A DNA stretch of 58,468 nt, taken from positions 1 through 58,468 of the forward strand of contig CABYXQ010000001.1 of assembly GCA_902522915.1 (NCBI GenBank). Direction: 5' to 3'. This document shows, piece by piece, positions 23,529-34,958 of this stretch. Below the pieces are notes generated by a model. It was given only the letters and a program-made list of their open reading frames with translations, searched no databases and was not told the DNA's origin. Both the position numbers and the translations under genes were made by a program. How positions within the stretch are numbered: the stretch's first letter is position 1; each line of letters begins with the position of its first letter. This stretch comes from an uncultured Pelagibacteraceae bacterium. GTDB lineage: Bacteria; Pseudomonadota; Alphaproteobacteria; Pelagibacterales; Pelagibacteraceae.

Positions 23529-24852
23529 TTTTTTTATCCAGTAAGTGTTGATCAACTAAATAAGGAATATTATTTTTTTTCTGAACAATAGGATCCAAAT
23601 TATTTCTCTCTTCTATCTCTTTTTTAAAATGTCTTAAAAGCCCTTGAACTGGCCATGAAGAACCTTCTCCAAAAGCACAAATTGTATGACCTGCAATTTG
23701 ATTGGTAACGTCACCCAACATGTCTACTTCATCTTTGGTTGCATCACCTTTTACCATTCTTTCAAGCATTCTCCACATCCAACCAGATCCTTCTCTACAA
23801 GGTGTACATTGACCACAGCTTTCATGTTTATAAAATCTTGCAATTCTTGCCATACATTTAATAATGTCTTGGTCTTTGTTAATAACAACAATACCTGCTG
23901 TACCCAAACCACTTTTTTCAGCCATAAGAGAATCAAAATCCATGGTTAAAGTTTCACATTTTGCTTTTGGAATTAATGGCATTGAAGAACCACCTGGAAT
24001 AACTGCTTGCAAATTATCCCATCCTCCAATAACACCACCTCCATGAACTTCTATTAGTTTTTTTAATGGAATGTTCATTTCTTCCTCAACATTACATGGA
24101 GTATTTACATTTCCAGATATACAAAATATTTTTGTTCCAGTATTTTTTTCTCTTCCAAGAGAAGCAAACCATTTCCCACCTCTTCTAAGAATTGTTGGTA
24201 CAACAGCTATAGTTTCAACATTATTTATTATTGTAGGACATCCATATAGACCAATTAAAGCAGGGAATGGTGGTTTTAGTCTAGGTTGACCTTTTTTACC
24301 TTCTATACTTTCTAGTAAAGCTGTTTCCTCTCCACATATATAAGCTCCAGCACCATAATGAATGTAGATATCCAAATCCCAGCCTGTTCCTGCTGCATTT
24401 TTTCCTAACAATTTTTTTTCATAAGCTTCATCTATTGCCGCTTGTAACTTTTGGCCATCAACAAAATATTCACCACGAATATAAATATAACAAACATGTG
24501 CTTGCACAGCGTATGAAGCAATTAAGCACCCTTCAATTAATTTATGTGGCTCAAATCTTAAAATATCTCTATCTTTACAAGTACCAGGTTCTGACTCATC
24601 AGCATTAATAACTAAATAATGAGGTCTTGAGCCTACTTCTTTAGGTGCAAAAGACCACTTTAATCCAGTTGGAAAGCCAGCACCGCCTCTTCCTCTAAGC
24701 TGAGAGTCTTTAATCTCATTGATTATCCAATCTCTTCCTTTGGAGGTAATTTCTTTAGTATTAACCCAATCTCCTCTTTTTTGAGAGGAAGTAACATCGG
24801 AACCCATATCATTATATAGATTTTTAAATATTCTATCTTTATCGTTAAGCAT
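23521..24852 (-). CDS. nuoF: NADH-quinone oxidoreductase subunit F
   Basis: [54 protein letters not shown]. Confidence 0.98.
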   Translation of the reverse strand: MLNDKDRIFKNLYNDMGSDVTSSQKRGDWVNTKEITSKGRDWIINEIKDSQLRGRGGAGFPTGLKWSFAPKEVGSRPHYLVINADESEPGTCKDRDILRFEPHKLIEGCLIASYAVQAHVCYIYIRGEYFVDGQKLQAAIDEAYEKKLLGKNAAGTGWDLDIYIHYGAGAYICGEETALLESIEGKKGQPRLKPPFPALIGLYGCPTIINNVETIAVVPTILRRGGKWFASLGREKNTGTKIFCISGNVNTPCNVEEEMNIPLKKLIEVHGGGVIGGWDNLQAVIPGGSSMPLIPKAKCETLTMDFDSLMAEKSGLGTAGIVVINKDQDIIKCMARIARFYKHESCGQCTPCREGSGWMWRMLERMVKGDATKDEVDMLGDVTNQIAGHTICAFGEGSSWPVQGLLRHFKKEIEERNNLDPIVQKKNNIPYLVDQHLLDKKNA

Positions 24853-25453
24853 TTTTAAAATCCATCAGTGTTTTTCTATTGTTTTCTGGTTCATTATTTT
24901 TTCTTCCTCTATAAGAACCAGGCTTTGGAGTTTCACCATTTAAAATTTTTTCTAAAATTTTAAGTGTTTTTTCTTTATCTAAGTCCTCATAGTAATCGTC
25001 ATTAATTTGCATCATAGGAGCATTGACACAAGCTCCTAAACACTCAACTTCCATCCATGAACAATTTTTATTATTTGATAATTCACACTCATTTTCAGAT
25101 ATTTTTTCTTTGCATGCTTCAACTAATTTGCTTGCTCCTCTTATCATGCAAGGAGTTGTTGTGCATATTTGTATAAAATGTTTCCCCACTGGAGAAAGAT
25201 TATACATAGTATAAAAAGTTGCTACCTCGTAAACTTTTATGTAAGGCATTTTTAAAAATTGTGCGATACACTTCATTGCTGCTAATGGAATCCAATTATC
25301 ATTCTGTTTTTGAGCAATATAAAGTAATGCCATCACTGCACTCTGTTGTTTTCCTTCTGGGTATTTTTCTACAATTTTGTTAGCTGCTTCTAACGACGAA
25401 GTACTAAATTCAAAACTTTCTGGTTGATTTTTTGCAGGCCTTCTTAAACTCAT
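24845..25453 (-). CDS. nuoE: NADH-quinone oxidoreductase subunit E
   Basis: [27 protein letters not shown] (2Fe-2S ligands). Confidence 0.97.
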   Translation of the reverse strand: MSLRRPAKNQPESFEFSTSSLEAANKIVEKYPEGKQQSAVMALLYIAQKQNDNWIPLAAMKCIAQFLKMPYIKVYEVATFYTMYNLSPVGKHFIQICTTTPCMIRGASKLVEACKEKISENECELSNNKNCSWMEVECLGACVNAPMMQINDDYYEDLDKEKTLKILEKILNGETPKPGSYRGRKNNEPENNRKTLMDFKNA

Positions 25454-26625
25454 CTATCAACCTCCCCAAAAACAATATCTAGAGATCCGAGAACAGCCGG
25501 AACATCAGCTAACATATGTCCTTTAATTAAATAATCCATTGATTGTAAGTGTGAAAAACCTGGAGCTCTTATTTTGCATTTATATGGTTTACTTGAGCCG
25601 TCAGATATGAGGTAAACCCCAAATTCTCCTTTTGGTGCCTCTACGGATGTATATATTTCGTCTTTTGGAACTCTGTAACCTTCTGTAAAAAGTTTAAAGT
25701 GATGTATCAACGCTTCCATTGATTGTTTTATCTCTTTTTTTGGTGGAGGGCTAATTTTACCATCTAAAGACTTAATTGGACCTTTTTCTATTTTTGACAA
25801 ACATTGATTAATAATTGAAACGCTCTCTTTCATTTCTTCTATACGGCATAAATATCTATCGTAACAATCTCCATTTTTTCCAACTGGAATTTTAAAATCT
25901 AAATTTTTATAACAATCGTATGGCTGAGATTTTCTTAAGTCCCAAGGTACTCCAGAACCTCTTAACATTACTCCTGAAAAAGAATAATCTAAAGCATCTT
26001 GTTTACTGACTATGCCAATATCAACATTACGTTGTTTAAAGATTCTGTTATCAGTTAATAAACTTTCAAGATCATTAATTATTTTAGGAAAATCACTACA
26101 AAATTTAGCAATATCATCATCAAGTCCTTGAGGTAAATCTTGATGAACTCCACCAGCTCTAAAATAATTTGCATGTAATCTAGAACCTGAAACTCTTTCA
26201 TAAAAACCCATTAACTTCTCTCTTTCTTCAAATCCCCATAAAGTAGGTGTTAGTGCCCCAACATCCATTGCTTGAGTAGTAACATTTAAAATATGACTTA
26301 AAATTCTTCCAATTTCACAAAATATAACTCTTATATACTGCGCTCTAATGGGAACATCGATTTTAAGAATTTTTTCAATAGCTAAAGCAAATGCATGTTC
26401 CTGATTCATAGGGGCGACATAATCTAATCGATCAAAGTAAGGTACTGCTTGCATATAGGTTTTGTTTTCAATTAATTTTTCTGTTCCCCTATGTAATAAA
26501 CCTATATGTGGATCAGCTTTTTCAACAATCTCACCATCAAGTTCTAAAATTAATCTTAAAACTCCGTGCGCAGCTGGATGCTGCGGACCAAAGTTTAAAT
26601 TTAAATTTTTAATTTTTTTTGTCAT
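25450..26625 (-). CDS. nuoD: NADH-quinone oxidoreductase subunit D (start 26625 or 26631)
   Basis: [40 protein letters not shown]. Confidence 0.98.
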   Translation of the reverse strand: MTKKIKNLNLNFGPQHPAAHGVLRLILELDGEIVEKADPHIGLLHRGTEKLIENKTYMQAVPYFDRLDYVAPMNQEHAFALAIEKILKIDVPIRAQYIRVIFCEIGRILSHILNVTTQAMDVGALTPTLWGFEEREKLMGFYERVSGSRLHANYFRAGGVHQDLPQGLDDDIAKFCSDFPKIINDLESLLTDNRIFKQRNVDIGIVSKQDALDYSFSGVMLRGSGVPWDLRKSQPYDCYKNLDFKIPVGKNGDCYDRYLCRIEEMKESVSIINQCLSKIEKGPIKSLDGKISPPPKKEIKQSMEALIHHFKLFTEGYRVPKDEIYTSVEAPKGEFGVYLISDGSSKPYKCKIRAPGFSHLQSMDYLIKGHMLADVPAVLGSLDIVFGEVDR

Positions 26626-27214
26626 TACCATCTATTTCATCTTTAATATACTTGGTTCCTTCCCAAGGACTTTCATAGTCAAAGTTTCTAAAATTTTGCT
26701 CTAATTTAACTGGTTCACTAATAACTTTTTTTGCATCTTCACTATATCTAACTTCTGAATGACCTGTAAGTGGAAAATCTTTTCTCAATGGATGACCTTC
26801 AAAACCATAATCAGTTAATATTCGTCTAAGATCAGGATGATCTTTAAAAGAAACGCCATACATATCAAATACTTCCCTTTCCATCCAATTTGAAGAAGGA
26901 AAAATACCAGTTAAAGATGTAATAAGTTCGTTTTCAGAAATTGAATATTTTAAGACTAATCTTTGGTTAAATTCATGACTTAAAAATAAGTAAACTAAAT
27001 CAAATCTTTGATTTCTTTCAGGATAATCTACTACAGTGATATCAATTAGTTGTCTAAATTTAGTATCTTTGTTAGTTTTTAAAAATAAACATACATCTAC
27101 TAAGTTATCTTTATCTGTCTCAAGATAGATTTGATCATGTTTAATTTCAGTTTTCTTAATTTTAGTTGTTAATTCTGAATTAATTTTTTTTTCTAAATCT
27201 TCTAAATTTTTCAT
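26609..27214 (-). CDS. nuoC: NADH-quinone oxidoreductase subunit C
   Basis: [32 protein letters not shown]. Confidence 0.97.
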   Translation of the reverse strand: MKNLEDLEKKINSELTTKIKKTEIKHDQIYLETDKDNLVDVCLFLKTNKDTKFRQLIDITVVDYPERNQRFDLVYLFLSHEFNQRLVLKYSISENELITSLTGIFPSSNWMEREVFDMYGVSFKDHPDLRRILTDYGFEGHPLRKDFPLTGHSEVRYSEDAKKVISEPVKLEQNFRNFDYESPWEGTKYIKDEIDGNDKKN

Positions 27215-27216
27215 AA

Positions 27217-27732
27217 CTATCTAATAAAAGAACCTTTATCTCGAATTTTTTTTTGTAATTGTAATATCCCGTACAATAGTGCTTCTGCTGAAGGTGGACA
27301 TCCAGGAACATAAACATCAACAGGCACAATTCGATCGCAACCTCTTACTACTGAATAAGAATAATGATAATAGCCACCACCATTAGCGCAGCTTCCCATT
27401 GAAATAACATATCTTGGTTCTGGCATTTGATCATAAACTTTTCGAAGAGCTGGTGCCATTTTATTTGTCAATGTACCAGCAACTATCATTACATCAGATT
27501 GTCTGGGTGAAGCTCTTGGTGCAGCACCAAATCTTTCAAGGTCATATCTTGGCATAGATGTTTGCATCATTTCAACAGCACAACACGCAAGACCGAAAGT
27601 CATCCAATGAAGTGATCCTGATCTTGACCAATTTATAAGATTATCAAGTGATGTAGTTATAAAACCATTCTTGCTAAAATCATTAGCAAGTTGTTTAAAC
27701 TCATTTGGAACTTGATCTATTTTATTATTCAT
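27217..27732 (-). CDS. nuoB: NADH-quinone oxidoreductase subunit B
   Basis: [35 protein letters not shown]. Confidence 0.98.
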   Translation of the reverse strand: MNNKIDQVPNEFKQLANDFSKNGFITTSLDNLINWSRSGSLHWMTFGLACCAVEMMQTSMPRYDLERFGAAPRASPRQSDVMIVAGTLTNKMAPALRKVYDQMPEPRYVISMGSCANGGGYYHYSYSVVRGCDRIVPVDVYVPGCPPSAEALLYGILQLQKKIRDKGSFIR

Positions 27733-27746
27733 TTTGATTTATAATT

Positions 27747-28115
27747 TTATTCCCAATCTAAAGCGCCTTTTTTCCATTCATAAATAAAACCAATAGTAAG
27801 AATGAACAAAAAAATCATCATTGATGAAAAACCTAGTAATCCGATATTGCCAAGAGAAATTGCCCATGGAAATAAAAAGGCTATTTCGAGATCAAATATA
27901 ATAAATAAGATTGCAACTAAATAAAATCGTACATCGAATTCAAGTCTAGAGTCTTCGAAAGGTTCAAAGCCACACTCGTATGCTGATAATTTTTCAGGAT
28001 CTGGTTTTTTTGGCGAAAGAATAAAATTAACTACAACAAAAGCACAGCTCAACCCTAGAGCGATGATTAAAAAAATTATTATTGGTAAGTAGTCTTTTAG
28101 AAAATCAGATAACAT
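27747..28115 (-). CDS. nuoA: NADH-quinone oxidoreductase subunit A
   Basis: [33 protein letters not shown]. Confidence 0.97.
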   Translation of the reverse strand: MLSDFLKDYLPIIIFLIIALGLSCAFVVVNFILSPKKPDPEKLSAYECGFEPFEDSRLEFDVRFYLVAILFIIFDLEIAFLFPWAISLGNIGLLGFSSMMIFLFILTIGFIYEWKKGALDWE

Positions 28116-28176
28116 GGGATCTATATATCAGTTTTTATTTGTTCTTGAAGCGTTGATACGTCACATTTGTAATAAA

Positions 28177-28242
28177 AAAAAGTCAACAAAATCAATGACT
28201 TATAATATTATATTTTAAAAAGTCAATAAAATCAATGATTTA
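28177..28242. repeat. Imperfect 26-bp direct repeat, two copies with 40-bp period
   Basis: aaaaagtcaacaaaatcaatgactta (28177-28202) vs aaaaagtcaataaaatcaatgattta (28217-28242); first copy contains the inverted pair AGTCA-N10-TGACT. Confidence 0.85.
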
Positions 28243-28271
28243 GTAATTTTAAAGAATAATATTGAAAAAAG

Positions 28272-28348
28272 TGGCGGGAGTGAAGGGACTCGAACCCTCG
28301 ACCTATCGCGTGACAGGCGATCGCTCTAACCAACTGAGCTACACCCCC
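28272..28348 (-). tRNA. tRNA-Asp (GTC)
   Basis: Reverse complement GGGGGTGTAGCTCAGTTGGTTAGAGCGATCGCCT-GTC-ACGCGATAGGTCGAGGGTTCGAGTCCCTTCACTCCCGCCA; cloverleaf, encoded CCA. Confidence 0.96.
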
Positions 28349-28361
28349 ACTTTAAATGTTT

Positions 28362-28437
28362 TGGTGGGTAGTAAAGGACTCGAACCTTTGACCCCCTCGG
28401 TGTAAACGAGATGCTCTACCAACTGAGCTAACCACCC
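28362..28437 (-). tRNA. tRNA-Val (TAC)
   Basis: Reverse complement GGGTGGTTAGCTCAGTTGGTAGAGCATCTCGTT-TAC-ACCGAGGGGGTCAAAGGTTCGAGTCCTTTACTACCCACCA. Confidence 0.96.
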
Positions 28438-28537
28438 AAAAAAACCAAAAACATAGTGTTCTACATCTTTTAACATACTAACGTCAAGATTTATTAATAT
28501 TAATTAAAATAGTAAAATTTCTCTTTTTAATACCTAA

Positions 28538-30916
28538 TTATTGAATACTAGCTTGAGATTCTTCCTCTTTTTTAGATATATCAACTTCAGCCCATTCTGT
28601 TTTTTTAAGCTGTTTAGTTAAAGCAATTTTTAGAACCTGGTCAGCATGTTCTACAGGAGTTATATTAATATCATCAATTATTTTCTTTGGCATATCAACT
28701 AGATCTTTTTCATTTTCTTTTGGTATTAATACTTGTTTAATTCCTGCTCTATGTGCTGCTAATAACTTTTCTTTCAATCCGCCAATAGGTAAAACTTGCC
28801 CCGTTAAAGTAACTTCTCCTGTCATAGCAACTTCTCTTCTAATGGGAATTTTTGTTATTGAGGATACTATTGATGTTACCATACCTATACCAGCTGATGG
28901 ACCATCTTTGGGTGTCGCTCCTTCAGGAACATGAATATGAAAATCTTTCTTCTCAAATAAAGGTGGTATAATTCCATATTCCAAACATTTTGATCTAACA
29001 AACGATTTCGCAGCTTTAACTGATTCTTGCATTACATCACCTAATTTACCAGTAATTTGCATTCTGCCCTTTCCAGGCATAGTTACTGTCTCTATTTTTA
29101 AAATTTCACCACCATATTCAGTCCAAGCAAGTCCTGTCACTATTCCTACTTTATTATCTGGCTCTAATTCACCAAATTTAAACTTAGCAACACCAAGAAA
29201 ATCTGAAAGATTTTCATTGTTTATATTTACCTCCTTGTCTTCACCGGCAACAACTTTTTTAACAACTTTTCTGGCAAGTTTAGAAATTTCTCTTTCTAGG
29301 TTTCTAACACCAGATTCTTTAGTATATCCTCTAATAACTTCTTTAATGATATCATTATCTAATTTCATCTCATTATCTTTAACACCATTATCTTTTATTT
29401 GTTTTGGTAATAAAAATTTATTAGCAATACTTATTTTTTCATCCTCTGTATAACCGGCTAATCTAATTACTTCCATTCTATCTAAAAGAGGTGGAAGTAT
29501 ATTTAAGGTATTTGCTGTGGTAACAAACATTACGTCAGATAAATCATAGTCTACTTCTAAATAATGATCATTAAAAGTTGTGTTTTGTTCAGGGTCAAGT
29601 GCTTCAAGTAAAGCAGATGATGGGTCTCCTCTGTAATCATTCCCAATTTTATCAATTTCATCTAATAAAATTAGAGGATTTTTAGTACCAGCTTTTTTCA
29701 TCATTTGAATAATTTTTCCAGGTAATGAACCTATGTAAGTTCTTCTATGACCTCTTATCTCAGCTTCATCTCTCATTCCTCCCACCGACATTCTTACAAA
29801 TTCTCTGTTTGTGGCTTTTGCAATAGACTTACCTAATGAAGTTTTACCCACACCTGGAGGTCCAACTAAACATAAAATTGGTCCTTTAATTTTTTCCATT
29901 CTTTTTTGTACTGCAAGAAATTCTATTATTCTTTCTTTAATTTTTTCTAAACCAAAATGATCTTTATCTAGCACATTTAATGCTTTTGCTAAATCAATAT
30001 CAACCTCACTTTTTTTGTGCCATGGAAGATCTATCATCCAATCTAAATAATTTCTAACCACTGTAGCTTCAGCTGACATTGGACTCATATTTTTTAGTTT
30101 TTTAAGTTCTTGAAGGCATTTTTTTTCAACCTCTTTTGGCATCTTAGCTTTAGTAATAGCTTTGTTAAGACTAGCGCTCTCATCTTTACCATCTTCTATT
30201 TCACCTAATTCTTTTTGAATGGCTTTTAACTGTTCATTTAAATAATATTCTCTTTGAGTTTTTTCCATTTGGTTTTTTACTCTGCCTCTAATTCTTTTTT
30301 CAACACCTATAATACTTGTTTCGTTTTCCATTATTTTAATGATTGTGTTTAATCGTTTTTTCACATCGGCAGTTTCAAAAATTTGCTGTTTTTCCGAGAT
30401 GGTAGCTGTTATATGTGAAGCTATATTATCTGCAATTTGAGATGGATTTTTCATCTCTTTAATTGTGTTTATTGTTTCACTTGAAACTTTTTTGTTTATC
30501 GAAGTTAACTTTTCTAGTCTTCTTAATGCAGTAGACGCAAGTGGGAGTAAATCTTCATCTTTAGTACCTACATCGTTATAATGAGAGAAATCACAAACAA
30601 TAAAGTTATCATTATCTTTAAAATCTAATATTTTAACTCTTTTTATTCCCTCTACTAAAACTTTTACTGTTCCATCTGGTAATTTTAAAAGTTGTAAAAT
30701 ACTAGCTTCACAACCATACATAAAAATATCAGTTTTTTTAGGATCGTCTATTTCTGAATTCTTCTGAGTTACTAATATTATCTTTTTTTCTTTTTTCATT
30801 ACCTCATTCAGAGCTGATATAGATTTATCTCGACCAACAAAAAGTGGTATTACCATACTTGGGAATACTACTATGTCTCTTAGAGGCAATAACGGTAAAG
30901 TGATTTTAATATCCAT
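28538..30916 (-). CDS. lon: Lon protease
   Basis: LPLRDIVVFP, GPPGVGKTS, RGHRRTYIG, PKDGPSAG catalytic Ser motif. Confidence 0.98.
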   Translation of the reverse strand: MDIKITLPLLPLRDIVVFPSMVIPLFVGRDKSISALNEVMKKEKKIILVTQKNSEIDDPKKTDIFMYGCEASILQLLKLPDGTVKVLVEGIKRVKILDFKDNDNFIVCDFSHYNDVGTKDEDLLPLASTALRRLEKLTSINKKVSSETINTIKEMKNPSQIADNIASHITATISEKQQIFETADVKKRLNTIIKIMENETSIIGVEKRIRGRVKNQMEKTQREYYLNEQLKAIQKELGEIEDGKDESASLNKAITKAKMPKEVEKKCLQELKKLKNMSPMSAEATVVRNYLDWMIDLPWHKKSEVDIDLAKALNVLDKDHFGLEKIKERIIEFLAVQKRMEKIKGPILCLVGPPGVGKTSLGKSIAKATNREFVRMSVGGMRDEAEIRGHRRTYIGSLPGKIIQMMKKAGTKNPLILLDEIDKIGNDYRGDPSSALLEALDPEQNTTFNDHYLEVDYDLSDVMFVTTANTLNILPPLLDRMEVIRLAGYTEDEKISIANKFLLPKQIKDNGVKDNEMKLDNDIIKEVIRGYTKESGVRNLEREISKLARKVVKKVVAGEDKEVNINNENLSDFLGVAKFKFGELEPDNKVGIVTGLAWTEYGGEILKIETVTMPGKGRMQITGKLGDVMQESVKAAKSFVRSKCLEYGIIPPLFEKKDFHIHVPEGATPKDGPSAGIGMVTSIVSSITKIPIRREVAMTGEVTLTGQVLPIGGLKEKLLAAHRAGIKQVLIPKENEKDLVDMPKKIIDDINITPVEHADQVLKIALTKQLKKTEWAEVDISKKEEESQASIQ

Positions 30917-30976
30917 TACTGTAATATGGATATTATATTTTGTATTGCAATAGCTTTTTGTTATTTATTAAGGAAA

Positions 30977-32245
30977 TTAAGCCGCTGTTGTCTTATTTGA
31001 CTTAGATTTACTGTCTCCTTTAACATGAACTAGAATAGGTTGTGACTGGCCTTTTGCAGCACTTGCATCAATAATCACTTCCTCAATATTTTCTTGACTA
31101 GGTAAATCATACATGGTTTTTAATAAAATATTTTCTAAGATAGATCTTAAACCTCTTGCACCAGTTTTTTTCTTAATAGCCTTTTGGGAAATTTCCTTTA
31201 AAGCATTTTCTTTAAAAGTTAATTTAGCACCATCAAGCTTAAATAGTTCTTGATATTGTTTTATTAGTGAATTTTTTGGTTCTTGTAAAATTTTAATTAA
31301 TGATTTTTCATCTAAGTCCTCCAGGGTAGCAATCATTGGTAGACGACCAATAAATTCTGGAATTAGTCCATATTTTAATAAATCCTCAGGTTCAAGGTTT
31401 TTCATCCATTCACCCGTTTTCTTATCTTGTGTATTTTTTACATCGGCACCAAAACCAATAGAAGTTCCTTTATCTCTTTGAGAAATTATTTTATCAAGAC
31501 CAGCAAAAGCTCCACCACAAATAAATAATATATTTGTAGTATCTACTTGTAAAAATTCTTGTTGTGGGTGTTTTCTTCCGCCCTGAGGAGGAACACTTGC
31601 AATTGTACCTTCCATAATTTTTAACAATGCTTGTTGAACACCTTCTCCTGAAACATCTCTTGTAATTGATGGGTTTTCTGACTTTCTACTTATTTTATCT
31701 ACTTCATCAATATATACAATTCCTCTTTGAGCTTTATCAACATTATAATCTGCTGCTTGAAGTAATTTTAAAATAATATTTTCAACATCTTCACCGACAT
31801 AACCAGCTTCTGTTAAAGTAGTAGCGTCTGCCATAGTAAAGGGAACATCTAATATTCTTGCAAGTGTTTGTGCCAATAAAGTTTTACCACATCCTGTTGG
31901 ACCTACTAAAAGAATGTTTGATTTTGCAAGTTCAACATTTTTACTAGTTTTATTTTCGTAATTTAATCTTTTATAATGATTATGAACAGCTACTGATAAA
32001 ACTTTTTTTGCATGAGCTTGTCCAATAACATAATCGTCTAAAACTGCACAAATTTCTTTTGGAGAGGGAAGTCCATCTTGATGTTTTACAAAAGTATCTT
32101 TGCTTTCCTCTTTTATAATATCCATGCATAACTCTACACATTCATCACAGATAAAAACTGTAGGACCAGCAATTAACTTTCTAACTTCATGCTGACTCTT
32201 TCCACAAAAAGAACAATAAAGAATATTTTTACTATTTGTTGTCAT
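30977..32245 (-). CDS. clpX: ATP-dependent Clp protease ATPase subunit
   Basis: CSFCGK...ICDECVELC zinc domain, [21 protein letters not shown] loop. Confidence 0.98.
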   Translation of the reverse strand: MTTNSKNILYCSFCGKSQHEVRKLIAGPTVFICDECVELCMDIIKEESKDTFVKHQDGLPSPKEICAVLDDYVIGQAHAKKVLSVAVHNHYKRLNYENKTSKNVELAKSNILLVGPTGCGKTLLAQTLARILDVPFTMADATTLTEAGYVGEDVENIILKLLQAADYNVDKAQRGIVYIDEVDKISRKSENPSITRDVSGEGVQQALLKIMEGTIASVPPQGGRKHPQQEFLQVDTTNILFICGGAFAGLDKIISQRDKGTSIGFGADVKNTQDKKTGEWMKNLEPEDLLKYGLIPEFIGRLPMIATLEDLDEKSLIKILQEPKNSLIKQYQELFKLDGAKLTFKENALKEISQKAIKKKTGARGLRSILENILLKTMYDLPSQENIEEVIIDASAAKGQSQPILVHVKGDSKSKSNKTTAA

Positions 32246-32337
32246 ATAAATTTTTAAAACGAATCAATTGATATACTTTATTATAGATAACTCATACTAA
32301 TCAAGGTGCGATTATTACTTGCTCTAGATCTGGTATA

Positions 32338-32949
32338 TTAAGATCTATTTTCTACTACTTCATCAATAAGACCAAATGTTTTTGCCGTATCAGCGGTCAT
32401 GAAATTATCTCGTTCTAAAGCCGACTTTATTTCATCAACATTCTTACCTGTGTGTTTTGAATAGATTTCATTAAGTCTTTTTTTAAGAGACAAAACTTCA
32501 TTAGCATGAATTTCTATATCTGTTGCTTGACCTTGAAAACCTGCTGAAGGTTGGTGAACCATTATTCTTGAATTTGGTAAAGAGAATCTTTTACCTTTTG
32601 TACCTGCTGCCAATAAGAATGATCCCATTGAAGCTGCCTGACCAATACATAAAGTTGAAATATCTGGTTTTACATATTGCATAGTATCATAAATACCAAA
32701 ACCAGCTGTGACTAACCCACCAGGACTATTAATATATAAATAAATTTCTTTTTTTGGGTCTTCTGCCTCTAAAAATAAAAGTTGAGCAGTTACTAAGGAT
32801 GCAACATTATCGTTAATTTGACCTGTTAAAAATATAATTCTTTCTTTTAATAATCTTGAATAAATATCATAAGCTCGCTCTCCTTTATTCGATTGCTCAA
32901 CAACCATAGGTACTAAATTACTCATATATTCAGATATTTTATTTGTCAT
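32338..32949 (-). CDS. clpP: ATP-dependent Clp protease proteolytic subunit
   Basis: [33 protein letters not shown]. Confidence 0.98.
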   Translation of the reverse strand: MTNKISEYMSNLVPMVVEQSNKGERAYDIYSRLLKERIIFLTGQINDNVASLVTAQLLFLEAEDPKKEIYLYINSPGGLVTAGFGIYDTMQYVKPDISTLCIGQAASMGSFLLAAGTKGKRFSLPNSRIMVHQPSAGFQGQATDIEIHANEVLSLKKRLNEIYSKHTGKNVDEIKSALERDNFMTADTAKTFGLIDEVVENRS

Positions 32950-32981
32950 AAGTTGATTCGTACTACTTATACAACTTGAGA

Positions 32982-34424
32982 TTACTTTTTGCTAACTTTT
33001 TTTGCTTTTTTTGCTGTTGGCTTAGATTTTACTGTTTTTGATGGAGATTTTTTTTCTTTGGATGTTTTAGTGGCAGTTTTTTTATTAGTTTCTTTTTTTT
33101 CCTTATTATCATCACGCTTTTGGTCCTGATCATGTTTATGTGCATCTTTTAAAATTTTTTCAGCTTCATTTTTAGAAATATCTTTTTTATTAGCATTTCC
33201 TTTTTCTTTAATTAAATTTAAAATTTTCTCTTCATAGACTGTACCTCTTAGACTTGCTAAAGCTGAAGGATTTTTTTGATAAAAATCCATTACCATTTTT
33301 TCTTGTCCGGGCATCATTCTGATTTGTTTTTGAACCTCATTTTGAATTTCTTGTTCACTAACTTTTATTTGGTTTTGTTCTCCAAATTCATTTAAGATTA
33401 ATCCCGTTTTAATTCTAATTTTTGCAGTTTCTTCAAATTTTTTTTTATTTTTTTTTCCCTCCTCATCTGACATACCTTGAGAAAGAATTTTTACCTCCTC
33501 TTCAATTAAGTTTTCTGGAATTTCATCTACTTTAATTTTCTCTATTTCTTTTAATATTTGATTTTTTGATAATTGATCTAATGAATTTTTATATTCATCA
33601 TTTATTTGTTTGGAAATTAAAGTTTTTAAATCTTTAAGATCTTTTGCTCCTAAATTTTTCGCAAAATCATCGTCAATTTTTACCTCTTCTGCATTTTTTA
33701 TGCTTAATATTTTACAGTTAAATTTTGCTTTTTTATTTACTAATTCTTTTTCAGGAAAGTTTTCAGGTAACGTTGCTTCAACAATTTTTTCATCGTTTTT
33801 CTTAACTCCAATAAGTTGTTTGTCAAAACCTTTTAAAAACAAATCTTTTCCTAATGTTAATTGTGTATTTTTGCCTTCATTACCTTTGAAGTCATTCCCA
33901 TCAATTGTTGCTTTATAATCTAAAGTAACTAAATCACCCTCCTTAGCTTTAGCCTCAGGATTTGCTTCCTTAAAATTAGGCTGATTTTTTGCAATTTCTT
34001 TTATTCTATTATCTGTTTCATTATCGTCAATTTTGACCGTATATTCATCAAATTTAATATTTTCTAATGATTTTATTTCTACTTTTGGTAATTCGGTTAC
34101 CGAAAGAATATACTCTAAAGCCTTATCTTCACCATAAGTCTTTAAGTCAAGTTTGGGTTGACCCGCAGGTTTAATTTTATTTTCTTCTAATGCTTTCGTT
34201 GAAGTTTCCTTTAAAACTTTGTCTAGTACTTCATTAAAAACTGCTTTACCAAATTGTCTTTTTAAAATTTCTTTAGGTACCTTGCCGGGGCGGAAACCTT
34301 TAAGATTGACAGTTCCTTTTATTTCTTCATATTTTTCATCCATATAAGAAATCATTGTTTCTTTATCAATGGAAACTTTAAGATCTTTTTTTAAACCTTT
34401 TTTATTTTCTATTGTAACTTTCAT
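32982..34424 (-). CDS. tig: Trigger factor (likely start MKVTIENK at 34424) with Lys-rich tail
   Basis: GFRPGKVP ribosome-binding motif, FKBP-like middle domain; tig-clpP-clpX-lon order. Confidence 0.96.
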   Translation of the reverse strand: MKVTIENKKGLKKDLKVSIDKETMISYMDEKYEEIKGTVNLKGFRPGKVPKEILKRQFGKAVFNEVLDKVLKETSTKALEENKIKPAGQPKLDLKTYGEDKALEYILSVTELPKVEIKSLENIKFDEYTVKIDDNETDNRIKEIAKNQPNFKEANPEAKAKEGDLVTLDYKATIDGNDFKGNEGKNTQLTLGKDLFLKGFDKQLIGVKKNDEKIVEATLPENFPEKELVNKKAKFNCKILSIKNAEEVKIDDDFAKNLGAKDLKDLKTLISKQINDEYKNSLDQLSKNQILKEIEKIKVDEIPENLIEEEVKILSQGMSDEEGKKNKKKFEETAKIRIKTGLILNEFGEQNQIKVSEQEIQNEVQKQIRMMPGQEKMVMDFYQKNPSALASLRGTVYEEKILNLIKEKGNANKKDISKNEAEKILKDAHKHDQDQKRDDNKEKKETNKKTATKTSKEKKSPSKTVKSKPTAKKAKKVSKK

Positions 34425-34434
34425 AATTTCCATT

Positions 34435-34519
34435 TGGTAGGGCGAAAAGGACTCGAACCTTCACATGTTACCATATTGGTTCCTAAGACCAACGCGTCTA
34501 CCAATTCCGCCATCGCCCC
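34435..34519 (-). tRNA. tRNA-Leu (TAG)
   Basis: Reverse complement GGGGCGATGGCGGAATTGGTAGACGCGTTGGTCT-TAG-GAACCAAT...GGTTCGAGTCCTTTTCGCCCTACCA; long variable arm, 85 nt. Confidence 0.95.
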
Positions 34520-34620
34520 ACAAATTACGAGGTTTTATATATTATTGAAGCTATTTGTCCAATGACATTTGTTAAAAAATTTACTATTTATCAACTAATT
34601 TTTATATTAATTTTAAATAT

Positions 34621-34794
34621 ATGAGTAAAGTTAAAATAATAAGTATTGTTTATGCGATAGGAATTATTATTGGAGCTTTATTTTTAGATGTTTGGGGAGC
34701 TGAAACAACTCCACTAAAGACTATGTCAATATTTGCTTGGACAATTATATTTATTATAGCTTTATTTTTTACTGATAGGAATGAAAGGAAATAA
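34621..34794 (+). CDS. Small two-helix membrane protein (57 aa), hypothetical
   Basis: Hand translation MSKVKIISIVYAIGIIIGALFLDVWGAETTPLKTMSIFAWTIIFIIALFFTDRNERK; fills an otherwise empty gap. Confidence 0.7.
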   Translation: MSKVKIISIVYAIGIIIGALFLDVWGAETTPLKTMSIFAWTIIFIIALFFTDRNERK

Positions 34795-34809
34795 GTTCTT
34801 AAAATAAAA

Positions 34810-34947
34810 CTAACTTTTGTCTTTTTTTTCTGCTTTATTTTTAATTAATAATTTTTTTTTAAATTCAAATCTATTATTTGTTATATTAGATCTATGTTTT
34901 GCATAAGCTTGTTTTTGTGCTTGTTTCATAGCTCGTTTAGATGACAT
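34810..34947 (-). CDS. Small basic hypothetical protein (45 aa)
   Basis: Hand translation MSSKRAMKQAQKQAYAKHRSNITNNRFEFKKKLLIKNKAEKKDKS; starts 11 nt after the stop of the co-oriented phosphatase gene. Confidence 0.5.
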   Translation of the reverse strand: MSSKRAMKQAQKQAYAKHRSNITNNRFEFKKKLLIKNKAEKKDKS

Positions 34948-34958
34948 AATAGTTTAGT

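Noticed and set aside
28177-28242. Direct repeat considered as a mini CRISPR array
   Set aside because: Only two copies, a 14-bp spacer and no cas genes
32982-33150. Low-complexity Lys-rich repeats at the tig 3' end
   Set aside because: In-frame disordered C-terminal tail, not a DNA repeat element
28243-34620. tRNA genes as boundaries of a prophage or integrative element
   Set aside because: No integrase, no duplicated tRNA 3' end seen, and flanks are housekeeping genes
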